Positions 10,830 to 20,896 of a DNA stretch of 64,000 bases are shown here, piece by piece; positions within the stretch are counted from its first letter, which is position 1, and every line of letters starts with the position of its first letter. Both the position numbers and the translations under genes were made by a program. Source of the stretch: Parcubacteria group bacterium GW2011_GWD2_38_12 (lineage in GTDB: Bacteria; Patescibacteriota; Minisyncoccia; GWC2-36-17); assembly GCA_000992345.1 (NCBI GenBank), contig LBUA01000001.1:81711-145710 (forward strand). Reading direction: 5' to 3'. Below the pieces are notes generated by a model, which was given only the letters and a program-made list of their open reading frames with translations, made no database searches and was not told the origin of the DNA.

Positions 10830-13127
10830 TTGTCATTTTGCATTTTGCATTTTGACTTTTACATTTTCACGGTGTCCATAATTACAAAATTTATTATTCT
10901 TTTCGTCATCATTTTTTCTATTATTTCTTTCGGTGTTTTTTATTTTTTACTCGGTTATTCGGAAATTAATTTAAAAAAACAAGTATTTGAAGATTTGACC
11001 GTACTCGCTGAGGCGGAAGAGGGTTTTATTATAACTTTTTTAGAGCAAATAAAGGGCAGAGCAGTTGATTTTAGCAGTGACGGATTGATTCGTGAGAGCG
11101 TTGAAAAAATTATTACAGTGAAAAATCAACCCCAAGATATTGTCAATGAATTAAATGTCCATTTACGAAACAATAAGCAAAGCATTGACCCCACGATATT
11201 GGGAATTTTGATTATTGATACCAATGGAAAAGTTATAGCCAGTACCGACGAAAGAGAAATCGGATTTGATGAGTCAGTTGATGAGTATTTTAAAAATCTC
11301 TCCCAAACCAATCTGACTTATGGGTCGGTATATATATCGGATGTATTTATTGCTTCTCATTTTAACACAAGGGATCCGGTTTTAATGGTTGCCGCGCCTC
11401 TTTTCACCGTGGATAAAAGTATTAAGTTGGGATATATAATGAATGAAATTTCTCTATCCGAGATCAATAAAGTTTTAAGCGGGCAAAAACAAATTGAACT
11501 CGGAGCATTGACCGGAACCAGAGGACGTAGAACGACTCTAAATATATATTTAGTTAATAAAGATGGCTTGTTAATTACGCCCTCAATTTACGAAAATGAA
11601 GGACTATTAAAACAACAAATTGATTCACCTCTCGTTGAAGCTTGTCGCCGCAAAGAAGAAACAACCTCTATTTATAAAAATCATTTAGGCATAGAAGTTT
11701 TAGGGGCTTCTATGTGCTTGCCGACGCACGGCTGGACTTTGGTCGTAGGGCTATCAAGCGAAGAAGCTTTTTCTGTAATTTCTGATTTAAGAAAAGAAGT
11801 TTTAATTTCCGGGTCTGTTTTGCTGGTTATTTTGATAATTATCGCGGTATTATTTTTATATTATTTTATTATTCGGAATATTTTAAATTTAAAGCGTGGC
11901 GCAAAAATTATAGGCGCAGGCAATTTTGATTATGAAATAAAATTAGAATCAAAAGATGAATTTGGAGATTTGGCCAATGATTTTAATATAATGACTAGAA
12001 AATTGAGGGAATTGTTTGGTGACATTAAGGCATCTTCTTTAAAAATAAAAGAATCGGAAGAAAAATATAAAATCATGTTTAATGGCGCTGTTGATGCAAT
12101 TTTTATATCTGATGCTGAGGGAAATTTTTTAGAAGTGAATGAAAATGCAATAAGAATGACCGGATATAAAGCGGGTGAATTGTTGGCAATGAATCACCTC
12201 CAGATTTACAGCAAGGAAGATATGGCAAGGTGCCAAGAGCAATTTAAGGTTGCTTTGCAAAAAAACATTTGTTTTATTGAAAATGTCAGTATTTTGAAAA
12301 AAAATAATCAGATTTTGCCGGTGGATATCGGCATCAGTTTATTGAGATACGGCAATAAAGAATTCCTGCAGTTTATAGTGCGCGATGTTTCGGAAAGAGT
12401 GGCATTAGAAGAGCATCATAAAGAGATAGACCATATTAAATCGCAATTTATCAATGTCGTATCTCATCAATTGCGAACGCCGTTAAATTCCATTCGTTGG
12501 AATCTGGAGGTGCTGCTTGGCGGCGATATCGGGTCATTTAAAAAAGATCAGGAAAAGTTTCTTAAGACTGTGTATCTTAATAATCAGAATATCATAAATA
12601 TCATTTCGGATTTATTTTTGGCGCTTGAGATAGAGGAGACGGAAATCGGACTTAAAAAGGAGGCAGTGGATATAGAAGCGTTATTGAGTTCTGTTGCCGA
12701 GGGATTTAAAAATAGTTTGGCCATAAAGCGCATCAAATTGGAAGTTGGTAAGCTAAAAAGCGGAAAAATTATAAACGTGGATGGCGATAAGGATAAATTA
12801 ACTCAGGTTTTCTCAAGATTAATAGATAATGCGGTTAAGTATAGCAAAGAAGATAGCAAAATTACTATTAAGATTGAAAAAATTGATAATAGCGCGGTGG
12901 TATCTTTCATTGATAGTGGCATAGGAATCCCCGTGGGGGAACATCCAGCTTTATTTAGTAAGTTTTTCAGGGCGTCCAATGCGGCTGTTATGCATCCGAA
13001 TGCTTCCGGATTGGGACTTTTTATATCCAAGAAAATAATTGAAGCGCATCACGGAAAAATTTGGTTTGTTTCAACAGAGGGCAAGGGCACGACATTTTTT
13101 GTGAGTTTGCCCAGTAGTGAATTTTGA
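10830..13127 (+). CDS. Sensor histidine kinase (TM, periplasmic sensor, HAMP, PAS, HisKA, HATPase)
   Basis: Two TM segments flank a ~280-aa extracytoplasmic domain. HAMP-like linker, PAS (FISDAEGNFLEVNENAIRMTGY), H-box SHQLRTPLNSIRWN, and G-boxes DSGIGIP / GLGLFISKKII. Confidence 0.85.
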   Translation: MSFCILHFDFYIFTVSIITKFIILFVIIFSIISFGVFYFLLGYSEINLKKQVFEDLTVLAEAEEGFIITFLEQIKGRAVDFSSDGLIRESVEKIITVKNQPQDIVNELNVHLRNNKQSIDPTILGILIIDTNGKVIASTDEREIGFDESVDEYFKNLSQTNLTYGSVYISDVFIASHFNTRDPVLMVAAPLFTVDKSIKLGYIMNEISLSEINKVLSGQKQIELGALTGTRGRRTTLNIYLVNKDGLLITPSIYENEGLLKQQIDSPLVEACRRKEETTSIYKNHLGIEVLGASMCLPTHGWTLVVGLSSEEAFSVISDLRKEVLISGSVLLVILIIIAVLFLYYFIIRNILNLKRGAKIIGAGNFDYEIKLESKDEFGDLANDFNIMTRKLRELFGDIKASSLKIKESEEKYKIMFNGAVDAIFISDAEGNFLEVNENAIRMTGYKAGELLAMNHLQIYSKEDMARCQEQFKVALQKNICFIENVSILKKNNQILPVDIGISLLRYGNKEFLQFIVRDVSERVALEEHHKEIDHIKSQFINVVSHQLRTPLNSIRWNLEVLLGGDIGSFKKDQEKFLKTVYLNNQNIINIISDLFLALEIEETEIGLKKEAVDIEALLSSVAEGFKNSLAIKRIKLEVGKLKSGKIINVDGDKDKLTQVFSRLIDNAVKYSKEDSKITIKIEKIDNSAVVSFIDSGIGIPVGEHPALFSKFFRASNAAVMHPNASGLGLFISKKIIEAHHGKIWFVSTEGKGTTFFVSLPSSEF

Positions 13128-13246
13128 TGCTATAGAAAGGTCGGAAATTTAATTGAAAGTAGAAAGAGGGAAAATATGAACATTTTTACACTTAAAAAAT
13201 GGATGTTGCGGGCAGTGGCTCGCTGTAGTGAGGGTTGTTAGTTTTG

Positions 13247-13286
13247 CCCCTCCCCAGTTTTTACAAAAACTGGGGAGGGGCTTTTT
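13247..13286 (+). terminator. Intrinsic terminator after the kinase gene
   Basis: CCCCTCCCCAGTTTTT...AAAAACTGGGGAGGGG perfect hairpin plus a T-run. It lies inside the 5' part of the track ORF 13228, which argues for the later start of mgtE. Confidence 0.75.
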
Positions 13287-13311
13287 GTTTTTTTATGATA
13301 AAATATTGGTA

Positions 13312-14328
13312 ATGAATAATAACAAAGTGGATCAACAAGAAACCAAATATCTGCCTCCCGAGTCTGCAGGAAGGATAATGACCGCCAACATTCCAATTGC
13401 CGGACCATCATCAACAATCGAAGAGATTGAGAAATTGCTGCTTGAAAAAACCAAAGATTTTGAGACAATAAATTATATTTATATTGTTAATACTGAGAAT
13501 AAATTAGTAGGCGTTACGTCCATAAAAGAAATATTTCGTCGTCCCAAAAATAGTGTTGTCTCTGAGATTATGGAAACTAATCTGATCGTCGTAAGACCCC
13601 ACACCGACAGAGAGAGGGTGGCGTTATTGGCCATTAAATATAACTTGAAATCAATACCGGTCGTTGATAATGAAAATAAATTTTTAGGCATTGTTCCGTC
13701 TGATGTGATTTTGACGACCTTGCACCAGGAAAATATTGAAAATGTTTTACGATCAGTGGGTATTCATAATTTCGAAAACCCGATAAAGGATTTAATATTC
13801 GCTTCAGCTTTTACTCATTTTAAAAAGAGATTTCCTTGGCTCATTGTCGGGCTTTTGGGAGGTATAATTGCGGCAGTGATGGTTGGGTTTTTTGAAAATC
13901 TTTTTGCAAAAATGGTGGCTCTTGCCGCGTTTATTCCGGCGGTAGTTTATATGGCCGATGCGGTCGGTAGCCAAACGCAGACAATCTTAATACGCAGTTT
14001 AGCGATAGAGCATAACCTTATTTTTAAAAAATATTTATGGCGTGAATTAAAAGTAAGTTTTTTTCTTGCCTTGATTTTGGGTATCGTAATATCACTGGTA
14101 TTATTTTTATGGTGGTCTTCGTTTCTACTTGGGTTTATTTTAGGAATATCGTTTTTTATTACTATATTGGTCGCGTCTTTTTTAGCGCTATTTATCCCTT
14201 GGGTTTTTTATAAATTTAAATATGATCCAGCGATAGTGACTGGCCCCCTTGCCACTGCCATACGCGATGTGCTGAGTATTATATTATATTTTGCTGTTGC
14301 TTCCGTTGTTTTAAGGTATTTTTTGTAA
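13312..14328 (+). CDS. mgtE: Magnesium transporter MgtE (CBS pair + MgtE TM domain)
   Basis: Tandem CBS domains followed by 5 TM helices with the MgtE-like layout. The start is placed at MNNNKVD, after the upstream terminator. Confidence 0.7.
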   Translation: MNNNKVDQQETKYLPPESAGRIMTANIPIAGPSSTIEEIEKLLLEKTKDFETINYIYIVNTENKLVGVTSIKEIFRRPKNSVVSEIMETNLIVVRPHTDRERVALLAIKYNLKSIPVVDNENKFLGIVPSDVILTTLHQENIENVLRSVGIHNFENPIKDLIFASAFTHFKKRFPWLIVGLLGGIIAAVMVGFFENLFAKMVALAAFIPAVVYMADAVGSQTQTILIRSLAIEHNLIFKKYLWRELKVSFFLALILGIVISLVLFLWWSSFLLGFILGISFFITILVASFLALFIPWVFYKFKYDPAIVTGPLATAIRDVLSIILYFAVASVVLRYFL

Positions 14329-14330
14329 TC

Positions 14331-15290
14331 TTATTTTAAAATTTTATTGATAAGGAATGAATAGCCACCAATAAACCCCGTGGCATTAATTTGATTTTTC
14401 CCTTCAGGCTGGATTTTTGTTAGTTTTAAACAGTCTTTACCGGTTTTAACGAATAAATTATTTTTTCCGTCCGTAAATAAAAATCCGTAATCTTTCAATT
14501 TTTTATTTGCGCAAACCGTAATGTCGGCTTCAAGTATTTTTAGCCTTCTTTCTTTGCCATCCCGGTCTTTAAAAAAACAAAATGTTCCAGGCCAAATATT
14601 AAAAGCCCTGATTTGCCTTTCAATTTTTTCTGCGCTGTTTTGCCAGTTTATTTTTCCGTCTTCTTTTGAGAGTATTTTAGTTAACGTCATTTCATCGTGA
14701 TTTTGTTCGGTCACTTTCAATTGGCCGGATATCCATTTTGATATGGTTTCAATTAAAAGCGATGCTCCGATTTTTGCCATTTTTTCGAATAATGTTTTTG
14801 ACGTTTCTTTTGGTTCAATTTTGATTTTTTTTTGGGAAAGAATCGGTCCGTGGTCCATTAATTCGTCCATAATCATTATTGTCACTCCGGTTTTTTCATA
14901 TCCTTCCAATATGGCAAATTGCACAGGGGAAGCGCCGCGAAGTTTTGGCAAAAGCGAACCGTGGACATTGATTGCTTTGTATTTTGGAATATCAAGAATT
15001 GTTTTTGGTATTATTTGGCCAAAGGCCGCAACTACAATCAATTCCGGATTCAGTTCTTTTATTTTTTCCGTCCATTCAGGTTTGCGTATTTTATCCGGTT
15101 GCAGGACGGGGATATTGTATTTTTCGGCCAATATTTTTGTCGGTGGGGGAGTAAGAATTTGTTTTCTGCCGACTAGCTTATCTTGATTGCAGACAGTAGA
15201 AATAACCTCAATAAAATCAGATTTAATAAGCGCCTCCAGTATCGGCACGGCAAATTCCGGAGTGCCCATGAAGATTGTTTTTATTTTCAT
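14331..15290 (-). CDS. fmt: Methionyl-tRNA formyltransferase
   Basis: MKIKTIFMGTPEFAVPILEAL N-terminus, HGSLLPKLRGASPVQ motif, and a formyltransferase C-domain. Confidence 0.9.
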   Translation of the reverse strand: MKIKTIFMGTPEFAVPILEALIKSDFIEVISTVCNQDKLVGRKQILTPPPTKILAEKYNIPVLQPDKIRKPEWTEKIKELNPELIVVAAFGQIIPKTILDIPKYKAINVHGSLLPKLRGASPVQFAILEGYEKTGVTIMIMDELMDHGPILSQKKIKIEPKETSKTLFEKMAKIGASLLIETISKWISGQLKVTEQNHDEMTLTKILSKEDGKINWQNSAEKIERQIRAFNIWPGTFCFFKDRDGKERRLKILEADITVCANKKLKDYGFLFTDGKNNLFVKTGKDCLKLTKIQPEGKNQINATGFIGGYSFLINKILK

Positions 15291-15306
15291 GAAAATAAAA
15301 AAGCTT

Positions 15307-15780
15307 TTAGCTTTTAGCTGTTAGCTTAAAAACTTCCCTTGTTTTGTCTATAAATAAAATACCATCCAAGTGATCGACTTCGTGTTGAAAAGCTTGAGCG
15401 AGAAGACTGTCGGCTTTTAATTGGAATTTTTTTCCAGTTTCGTTAAGAGCCGTTATTTTTGCGGTTTTTGATCTTTTAATTTTTCCATAAATTTTAGGCA
15501 AAGAAAGACAACCCTCCGTGACAAGAGTTTTTCGAAAGGATTTTCTGATAATGGGGTTTATGAACACGGTTTGTTCACTAAGTTCTGGAGATAGAATAAA
15601 AATACGGATATTCTTGCCGATTTGCGGAGCGGCGAGTCCAACACCCTCTTTTATGGAGGAGAGGGTTTCTTTCATGTCAATTATCAATTTTTGAATTTTT
15701 GGATCCCTAAAATCAGCTACTTTTTGCGACTTTGCCCGTAAAATCTTATTATCTTTTCCAGTTTGTATTGGTAAAATCAT
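15307..15780 (-). CDS. def: Peptide deformylase
   Basis: GVGLAAPQIG, EGCLSLP and QHEVDHLDG motifs. Confidence 0.9.
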   Translation of the reverse strand: MILPIQTGKDNKILRAKSQKVADFRDPKIQKLIIDMKETLSSIKEGVGLAAPQIGKNIRIFILSPELSEQTVFINPIIRKSFRKTLVTEGCLSLPKIYGKIKRSKTAKITALNETGKKFQLKADSLLAQAFQHEVDHLDGILFIDKTREVFKLTAKS

Positions 15781-16646
15781 ACATCTAGCGGGCTTTTAAT
15801 GTTTTTTAAACTTGGATTTGTCACCTTTGTGTAAAGTTGCGTTGTCCTGATGTTTTGATGTCCCAATAATTCTTGCACATAACGCACGTCAACGCCATTT
15901 TCAAGTAGGTGAGTGGCGAAACTATGACGCAGAGAATGAAAGGTCGCATCTTTTTGTATGCTGGTTTTTCGCAGGGCGTTTTCAAAAACCTTTTGCGCCG
16001 TCCGTTCCGTCAATTTTCCGCCTCGCTCACTATTAAACAAGTAATCGTTTCCCGTCCTGTTGTTGATTAAACTTATAATATCATTTTTTATTTTTTTTGG
16101 GAAAATAGTGATTCTATCTTTATCTCCCTTGGCTCCTTTTAGATGTATGGTCAGTTCAGTTAAATCAATATCTTTAATTTTTAGGTTTGTAGTCTCGCTC
16201 ACGCGCAGACCGCCGGCATAAGCTAAGGCAATTATTAATTTATGCTTGAAATTGGAAATACTGTCTAAGATTTTGTTTATTTCAGCGCGGGATAAAACAA
16301 TAGGCAATTTATTCGATGTTTTTGCAAACCTGAGATTGATATTACTGTTTGATTTAATAATGTTCGAATAAAAAAATTTTATAGAGTAAAGATAGACGTT
16401 TATTGTGTTGGAAGAAAGCCCCCCTTCTTTTTTATGGAGCAAAAAATTTCTTATAAAATCAATATCGGCAAATTGCAAATTATCATTTTTTGCGAGAAAA
16501 TAATCTCTAAGGCAGGTTAAATAACTTTTAATTGTTTTCCCGCTATAATTACGAATTTTAAGCTCATTTTCAGCTTGTTTTAAATAATGCTCCATGATAA
16601 TATTTGATATAGGTCGAAGTATATAGATATTTCGGATAAAATGCAA
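15777..16646 (-). CDS. Tyrosine site-specific recombinase (XerC/XerD-like)
   Basis: C-terminal HSLRHSFATHLLENGVDVRYVQELLGHQNIRTTQLYTKV (R-H-R-Y catalytic motif region). SAM-like N-domain. Overlaps def by 4 nt. Confidence 0.8.
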   Translation of the reverse strand: MHFIRNIYILRPISNIIMEHYLKQAENELKIRNYSGKTIKSYLTCLRDYFLAKNDNLQFADIDFIRNFLLHKKEGGLSSNTINVYLYSIKFFYSNIIKSNSNINLRFAKTSNKLPIVLSRAEINKILDSISNFKHKLIIALAYAGGLRVSETTNLKIKDIDLTELTIHLKGAKGDKDRITIFPKKIKNDIISLINNRTGNDYLFNSERGGKLTERTAQKVFENALRKTSIQKDATFHSLRHSFATHLLENGVDVRYVQELLGHQNIRTTQLYTKVTNPSLKNIKSPLDV

Positions 16647-16718
16647 TATCCTGTATATTATCAGAAAACACTTCGCATATAAACGAGTTAGCTGAAATGC
16701 GCATTTATTTTAAAAACA

Positions 16719-17234
16719 ATGGAATTGCAAAATTTGACCACAACTGATTTATTAATTGCTTTCTTTAGCGGAGTTGGAGCCACTGTCTTTGGTTTTGTTT
16801 TAACAATGCTATGGGAATGGAGAAAATCAATAAAACAGGAACGCGCCATTATTGACGCTTTAAAACAAGAATTGCAGACTAACAAAGAAACATTGGAAAG
16901 TAATCTTGCATATATAAATCAAGAACTTGGAATAATCGATCAAGGCAAATCTCTAGTTATTCCACTTAATTTATTAAATGGAGATTTTTCTGACCTTTTA
17001 TTTATCAGTATTCCAAAGAAATTAAAAAAAGACACCAATATACTAATGGAAATCAGAAAAATCTCCAGACTTTCCAAAGAAAACAACGAGACTATAAAAA
17101 GTCGAGAAACATATAGAGTCAATAACGGCGCTATGTCTAATTACAACTCAAGGATGAAAATATACGGTCAAATTTTGCAAACACAGACAAATCAATTAGT
17201 TTTAATTACTGAGACAATATTAACTAAAATATAA
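16719..17234 (+). CDS. Hypothetical protein with N-terminal TM helix
   Basis: ORF with a hydrophobic N-terminus. No recognisable motif. Confidence 0.4.
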   Translation: MELQNLTTTDLLIAFFSGVGATVFGFVLTMLWEWRKSIKQERAIIDALKQELQTNKETLESNLAYINQELGIIDQGKSLVIPLNLLNGDFSDLLFISIPKKLKKDTNILMEIRKISRLSKENNETIKSRETYRVNNGAMSNYNSRMKIYGQILQTQTNQLVLITETILTKI

Positions 17235-17254
17235 ATGTGCACATCAGCTAACAC

Positions 17255-17900
17255 GGCATATCTGGCTCGAAAAATTGACACATTTAAATCTTAAAGGAAA
17301 GTCAATTTCCCTCGACCCAAATTTCGCCACTCTTTTATATTTTTAATAATGAAGTGTCGAAACCTCAGATGATGCCGATACGTTAGACGAAATTTTGTTC
17401 AAAAATATTTTTTCATTTTATATTTGAGCCCTTTTGAAATTTTTTTTGGAAAAGAAAAAACCGCTGGGCGTACCATGCGGTTTTGGACTTCGTAATAAGG
17501 CTATGCGGCCTTGCCAACGAAACCATTAGCAGGCTTATTTGGGATAGTATATCCTCCTTTCTCTAAAAGAGCGACGAGCTTCTCTTCCTTCACCGATATT
17601 TTATGCCAGTCCTTACCAGCATAAATCTCTGCCACCATCTTGCATATTTCTTTTTCCATTGCTCCTCCTTTTGAAACAGGTTATTTGAATGACAGCTTTG
17701 AATAAGTTTACTGCAAAAAAAGGAAATGTCAAGCCAACCGCCAAAAAAAATTTCAAAAGGGCTCTTTTAACAAGGCATATCTGGTTCAAAAATTTTGCTC
17801 TTTATAGTAAATAGGTGAAGGCAAAATTTTTTCTCCCAAATTTTCTTCTGCTACGCTCCAGAAAACTTCGCTTAATCCCGATACGTTAGGCGTAATAATA
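17255..17900. repeat. Pair of diverged ~120-bp direct repeats enclosing a 22-bp perfect inverted repeat pair
   Basis: GGCATATCTGG(C/T)TC(G/A)AAAAATT at 17255 and 17774. CCGATACGTTAG at 17375 and 17878. GAGCCCTTTTGAAATTTTTTTT at 17426-17447 and its exact reverse complement at 17743-17764. The inverted repeats bracket the 52-aa ORF. Confidence 0.6.
17501..17659 (-). CDS. Small hypothetical protein (52 aa) with a strong RBS
   Basis: Manual translation gives MEKEICKMVAEIYAGKDWHKISVKEEKLVALLEKGGYTIPNKPANGFVGKAA. AAAGGAGG sits 6 nt upstream of the ATG. A hairpin plus T-run terminator lies downstream on the minus strand at 17456-17485. Too short for the ORF track. Confidence 0.45.
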   Translation of the reverse strand: MEKEICKMVAEIYAGKDWHKISVKEEKLVALLEKGGYTIPNKPANGFVGKAA

Positions 17901-18002
17901 AAAAGTTTTTTAATTTATTTTTTTATAAATTTCGGCAATTTATTTTAGGCTGGTCGAATAACTTAAGTTAAGTTAAATAATAATTTAATAACAATAAAAT
18001 TT

Positions 18003-18290
18003 ATGAGTAAAAATCCAATGGAGGAAATGCCACAGGCGGGCAAGTCGCCATCTTAAAAGTTTTGAACCTTCTGAGGATAAACAAATTCAGGCATTTAAAA
18101 TATTAGAGGATAAATTGGGAATAAACGAAAAATTTACCATTTATGATTTTTTTAGAGTATTACGAGAAGAAATTGGAGATGTTGATGCTAATCTGATCAA
18201 ATATAGACGAAAAGTGAATGAATTAGGTCTCAAGCTTGAAGATTTGTTGCAACCCCCTTCCTTATTTTCATTCTAATGTATCCACTCAAA
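18003..18290 (+). pseudogene. Possible frameshifted or degenerate small gene
   Basis: An ATG frame (MSKNPMEEMPQAGKSPS*) stops at 18056. The +1 frame continues without any Met as ...HLKSFEPSEDKQIQAFKILEDKLGINEKFTIYDFFRVLREEIGDVDANLIKYRRKVNELGLKLEDLL... Confidence 0.25.
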
Positions 18291-18577
18291 ATGAAATGGC
18301 AGAAAGAAAAAATGTATATAGTGAAGGTGAAATAAAAATCATTCTAGACGAGATTAAAAAAGAACAGGACGAAGGAATTGCTTTGGTTTTGCCTGCATAC
18401 AAGAAAGCCCAAAATCTTTATCAATCCACATCGGAGGTCTTGGTGGCGGTAGATAATAAAGGAGTATTTTATAATAATATCAATCGCGGAGTAAAAGAAT
18501 TATTTTCACAGTTTGTTAGTAATATTGCTTATAATTTAAAATTAGGACTAGGAGCGGGATTAAGTTGCAGTGGATAA
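18236..18577 (+). CDS. Hypothetical protein
   Basis: ORF only. No motif recognised. Confidence 0.35.
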   Translation: MKICCNPLPYFHSNVSTQNEMAERKNVYSEGEIKIILDEIKKEQDEGIALVLPAYKKAQNLYQSTSEVLVAVDNKGVFYNNINRGVKELFSQFVSNIAYNLKLGLGAGLSCSG

Positions 18578-18749
18578 TGGAAGTTCGATAGTACTGATAT
18601 AGAAGAATTTGGGAAGGATGGTATTAAAAAGCGTCTACAAAAACAATGAAGCTGCGTGAGAGCAGGCATGGAATAAGTAAAGAGATGGGCTCTATCAAAC
18701 AATTAGGAAAGAGATAGATTAAGTAGAAAAAATCTATAAAAAATCAAAA

Positions 18750-18797
18750 TTAATCTTAACCTTAAGTTCGCCATGGCGAACTTAAGGTTAAGATTAA
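18750..18797. terminator. 48-bp perfect palindrome; bidirectional terminator candidate between convergent genes
   Basis: TTAATCTTAACCTTAAGTTCGCCATGGCGAACTTAAGGTTAAGATTAA. It overlaps the priA stop codon. Confidence 0.55.
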
Positions 18798-20782
18798 ATC
18801 AGCGATATCGGATCTATATCTATTGTCCAATCTTTTGTCGGGATGATGTTTAAAATATTATTTCTATCTTTTATGCCGAGATTTGATTTAATGATTATAT
18901 TGTAGACATATTGATTTTTAATGCGAGGGATGAATCCGGCCGCAGGGCCAATAATTTTAAAATTTTCCGAGTTACCGGAGAGTACGTTGATTTTTTCAGC
19001 AATCTTATGTGATTCTTTAAATGCTAATTGGGGATTAGAGTTTCTATGGGTAAGTTTTATTAACCGGAAAAATGGAGGATAATTGAATAATTTTCTTGCT
19101 TCTATCTCACGCTCGTATAATTTAGCAAAATTGGAATTTAGAGCAATGGGAAATATTTCGCTTTCCGGCTTGAATGTCTGGAGTAAAAACGTCCCGCCGT
19201 TTCCTCGGTATTTTTTAAGCTGATTGATTATTTGATAAATCCTTTCATCGGTTCTAAATTCCGGCAAATTCAAAATAGTATCAATGCTCAATACAGCAAC
19301 AATATCCGCTTTTGGAAAATCTTTATTTAATATTATTTGCGTGCCGAGAATAATATCCACCCTTTTTTCCTTAAAATCGGAAATTGCTTTTTGAATATCT
19401 TGTGTTGATAATACCGTTTCAGAATCCAGGCGTTTTATTTTTAAATCTGGAAATAATTCTTTTATTTTTTCTTCGGCTTTTTGGGAGGCAATGCCGCTGT
19501 ATCTTATTTTATGTCCGCCGCATTTTGGGCATATATCCGGGGATTTTTCTCTGTGTCCGCAATGATGGCAAAGTAATTGTTTTTCGCCCTTAATTTCTTT
19601 ATGAAAAACAATTGGTACGTCGCAATTTTTGCAATGCAGAGAAAATCCGCATTCTCGACAGAAGATAAAAGTAGCTGATCCGCGACGATTGATAAATAAA
19701 ATTGCCTGCCTACTATTTTGCGAGATTTTTTCAAGCTCCGCCGCTAAATCTTCAGATATGATTTCGTTGCCTTTTCTGACTTCGTCTCTCATGTCAATAA
19801 TTTGATGTTGGGTCTGGATTCCCGATTTCTCGGGAATGACATAGGGAGGCGCGGAAGCAACTATCGAAGTTGAACTTCGATAGTTGCTTTTTTTTGATTC
19901 TTGTCCGCCAGCTGGCGGATGGATTCTTGATTTTGTTTTATGATAAGTTTCAATTGATGGAGTACTGCTAGCCAAGATGGTTTCCGCTCCGAAAATTTCC
20001 CCGAGTTTTATGGCGCATTCGCGGCTATTATAATATGGACGCATATTCCATGATTTGAAACTTTGGTCTTGTTCTTCGTCAATTATTATCAATCCCAAAT
20101 CGGAAAACTTAGAGAAAATGGCTGATCTTGCGCCGATTATTATTTTTGTGTCGTTTGACGCGATTTTCAGCCATTCATCGAGATATTTTTTCGGCGCAAG
20201 ATTTCCAGATAAAAAACTGATTTGATTGGGTTCAAAAATTAAGTTCACTTGATTAAAAAATGACAAGGCATTTATTTGTTCTGGAAATAGAATTAAAGAT
20301 TGTTTGTTATTTTTTAAGTTTTCTTTAATTTTTTGAATATAAAAATCAATACGATCATCAGAAAAATAGAGAGAAGAATTAGATTCAAGGTTGCGTAATT
20401 CATAATTCGTAATTCGCAACCCTGTTTTTAATGGCCCTTTCGCTTTCAGTAGTTTTGTGGGTAGAATTGTTTTTAGAGCCAGTCCGAGCGGCAGAAAATA
20501 ATAATCAGCGAACCATTTTAAAAAAATAAATTCTTTTTCCGAGAAAATCGGTTCAAGAGAAATTATTTTATTTATTTTTTTTAGCGTAAAAGACGATTTT
20601 TTAAGTTGAGTTTTTTGGGAGCTAATGTCTGTCTGGGAAAGAACTATTGCGGGGGTTGGTTTGTTGCGAAGGGGTATTAGTATTAATGTTCCGCGGCTAA
20701 CTGGTTCATTGGAAAAATAGCTCAAAATTTGAGGATGTTCGCGGGGGATATTTACGGCTGGAATTGTTTCCAATAAATACAT
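18794..20782 (-). CDS. priA: Primosomal protein N' (PriA helicase)
   Basis: Walker B IIIDEEQD, the Cys-rich zinc module CRECGFSLHCKNCDVP...CHHCGH...CPKCGG, and a helicase C-domain. Confidence 0.85.
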   Translation of the reverse strand: MYLLETIPAVNIPREHPQILSYFSNEPVSRGTLILIPLRNKPTPAIVLSQTDISSQKTQLKKSSFTLKKINKIISLEPIFSEKEFIFLKWFADYYFLPLGLALKTILPTKLLKAKGPLKTGLRITNYELRNLESNSSLYFSDDRIDFYIQKIKENLKNNKQSLILFPEQINALSFFNQVNLIFEPNQISFLSGNLAPKKYLDEWLKIASNDTKIIIGARSAIFSKFSDLGLIIIDEEQDQSFKSWNMRPYYNSRECAIKLGEIFGAETILASSTPSIETYHKTKSRIHPPAGGQESKKSNYRSSTSIVASAPPYVIPEKSGIQTQHQIIDMRDEVRKGNEIISEDLAAELEKISQNSRQAILFINRRGSATFIFCRECGFSLHCKNCDVPIVFHKEIKGEKQLLCHHCGHREKSPDICPKCGGHKIRYSGIASQKAEEKIKELFPDLKIKRLDSETVLSTQDIQKAISDFKEKRVDIILGTQIILNKDFPKADIVAVLSIDTILNLPEFRTDERIYQIINQLKKYRGNGGTFLLQTFKPESEIFPIALNSNFAKLYEREIEARKLFNYPPFFRLIKLTHRNSNPQLAFKESHKIAEKINVLSGNSENFKIIGPAAGFIPRIKNQYVYNIIIKSNLGIKDRNNILNIIPTKDWTIDIDPISLI

Positions 20783-20896
20783 AAGCGATCAATAATTGAC
20801 AGTTACTATTTAGCATTTGACGGAAAACGCAATGTTTAACAATTAACTAATAGTGTGTAATAATTATAGCAGATAATTTCAAAATCACAGTTTTAA

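Noticed and set aside
15777-16646. Calling the recombinase a prophage integrase / mobile element outright
   Set aside because: A 289-aa Xer-like protein directly downstream of fmt-def is equally compatible with the single housekeeping Xer recombinase of small genomes. No phage structural genes or clear att duplication encompass it.
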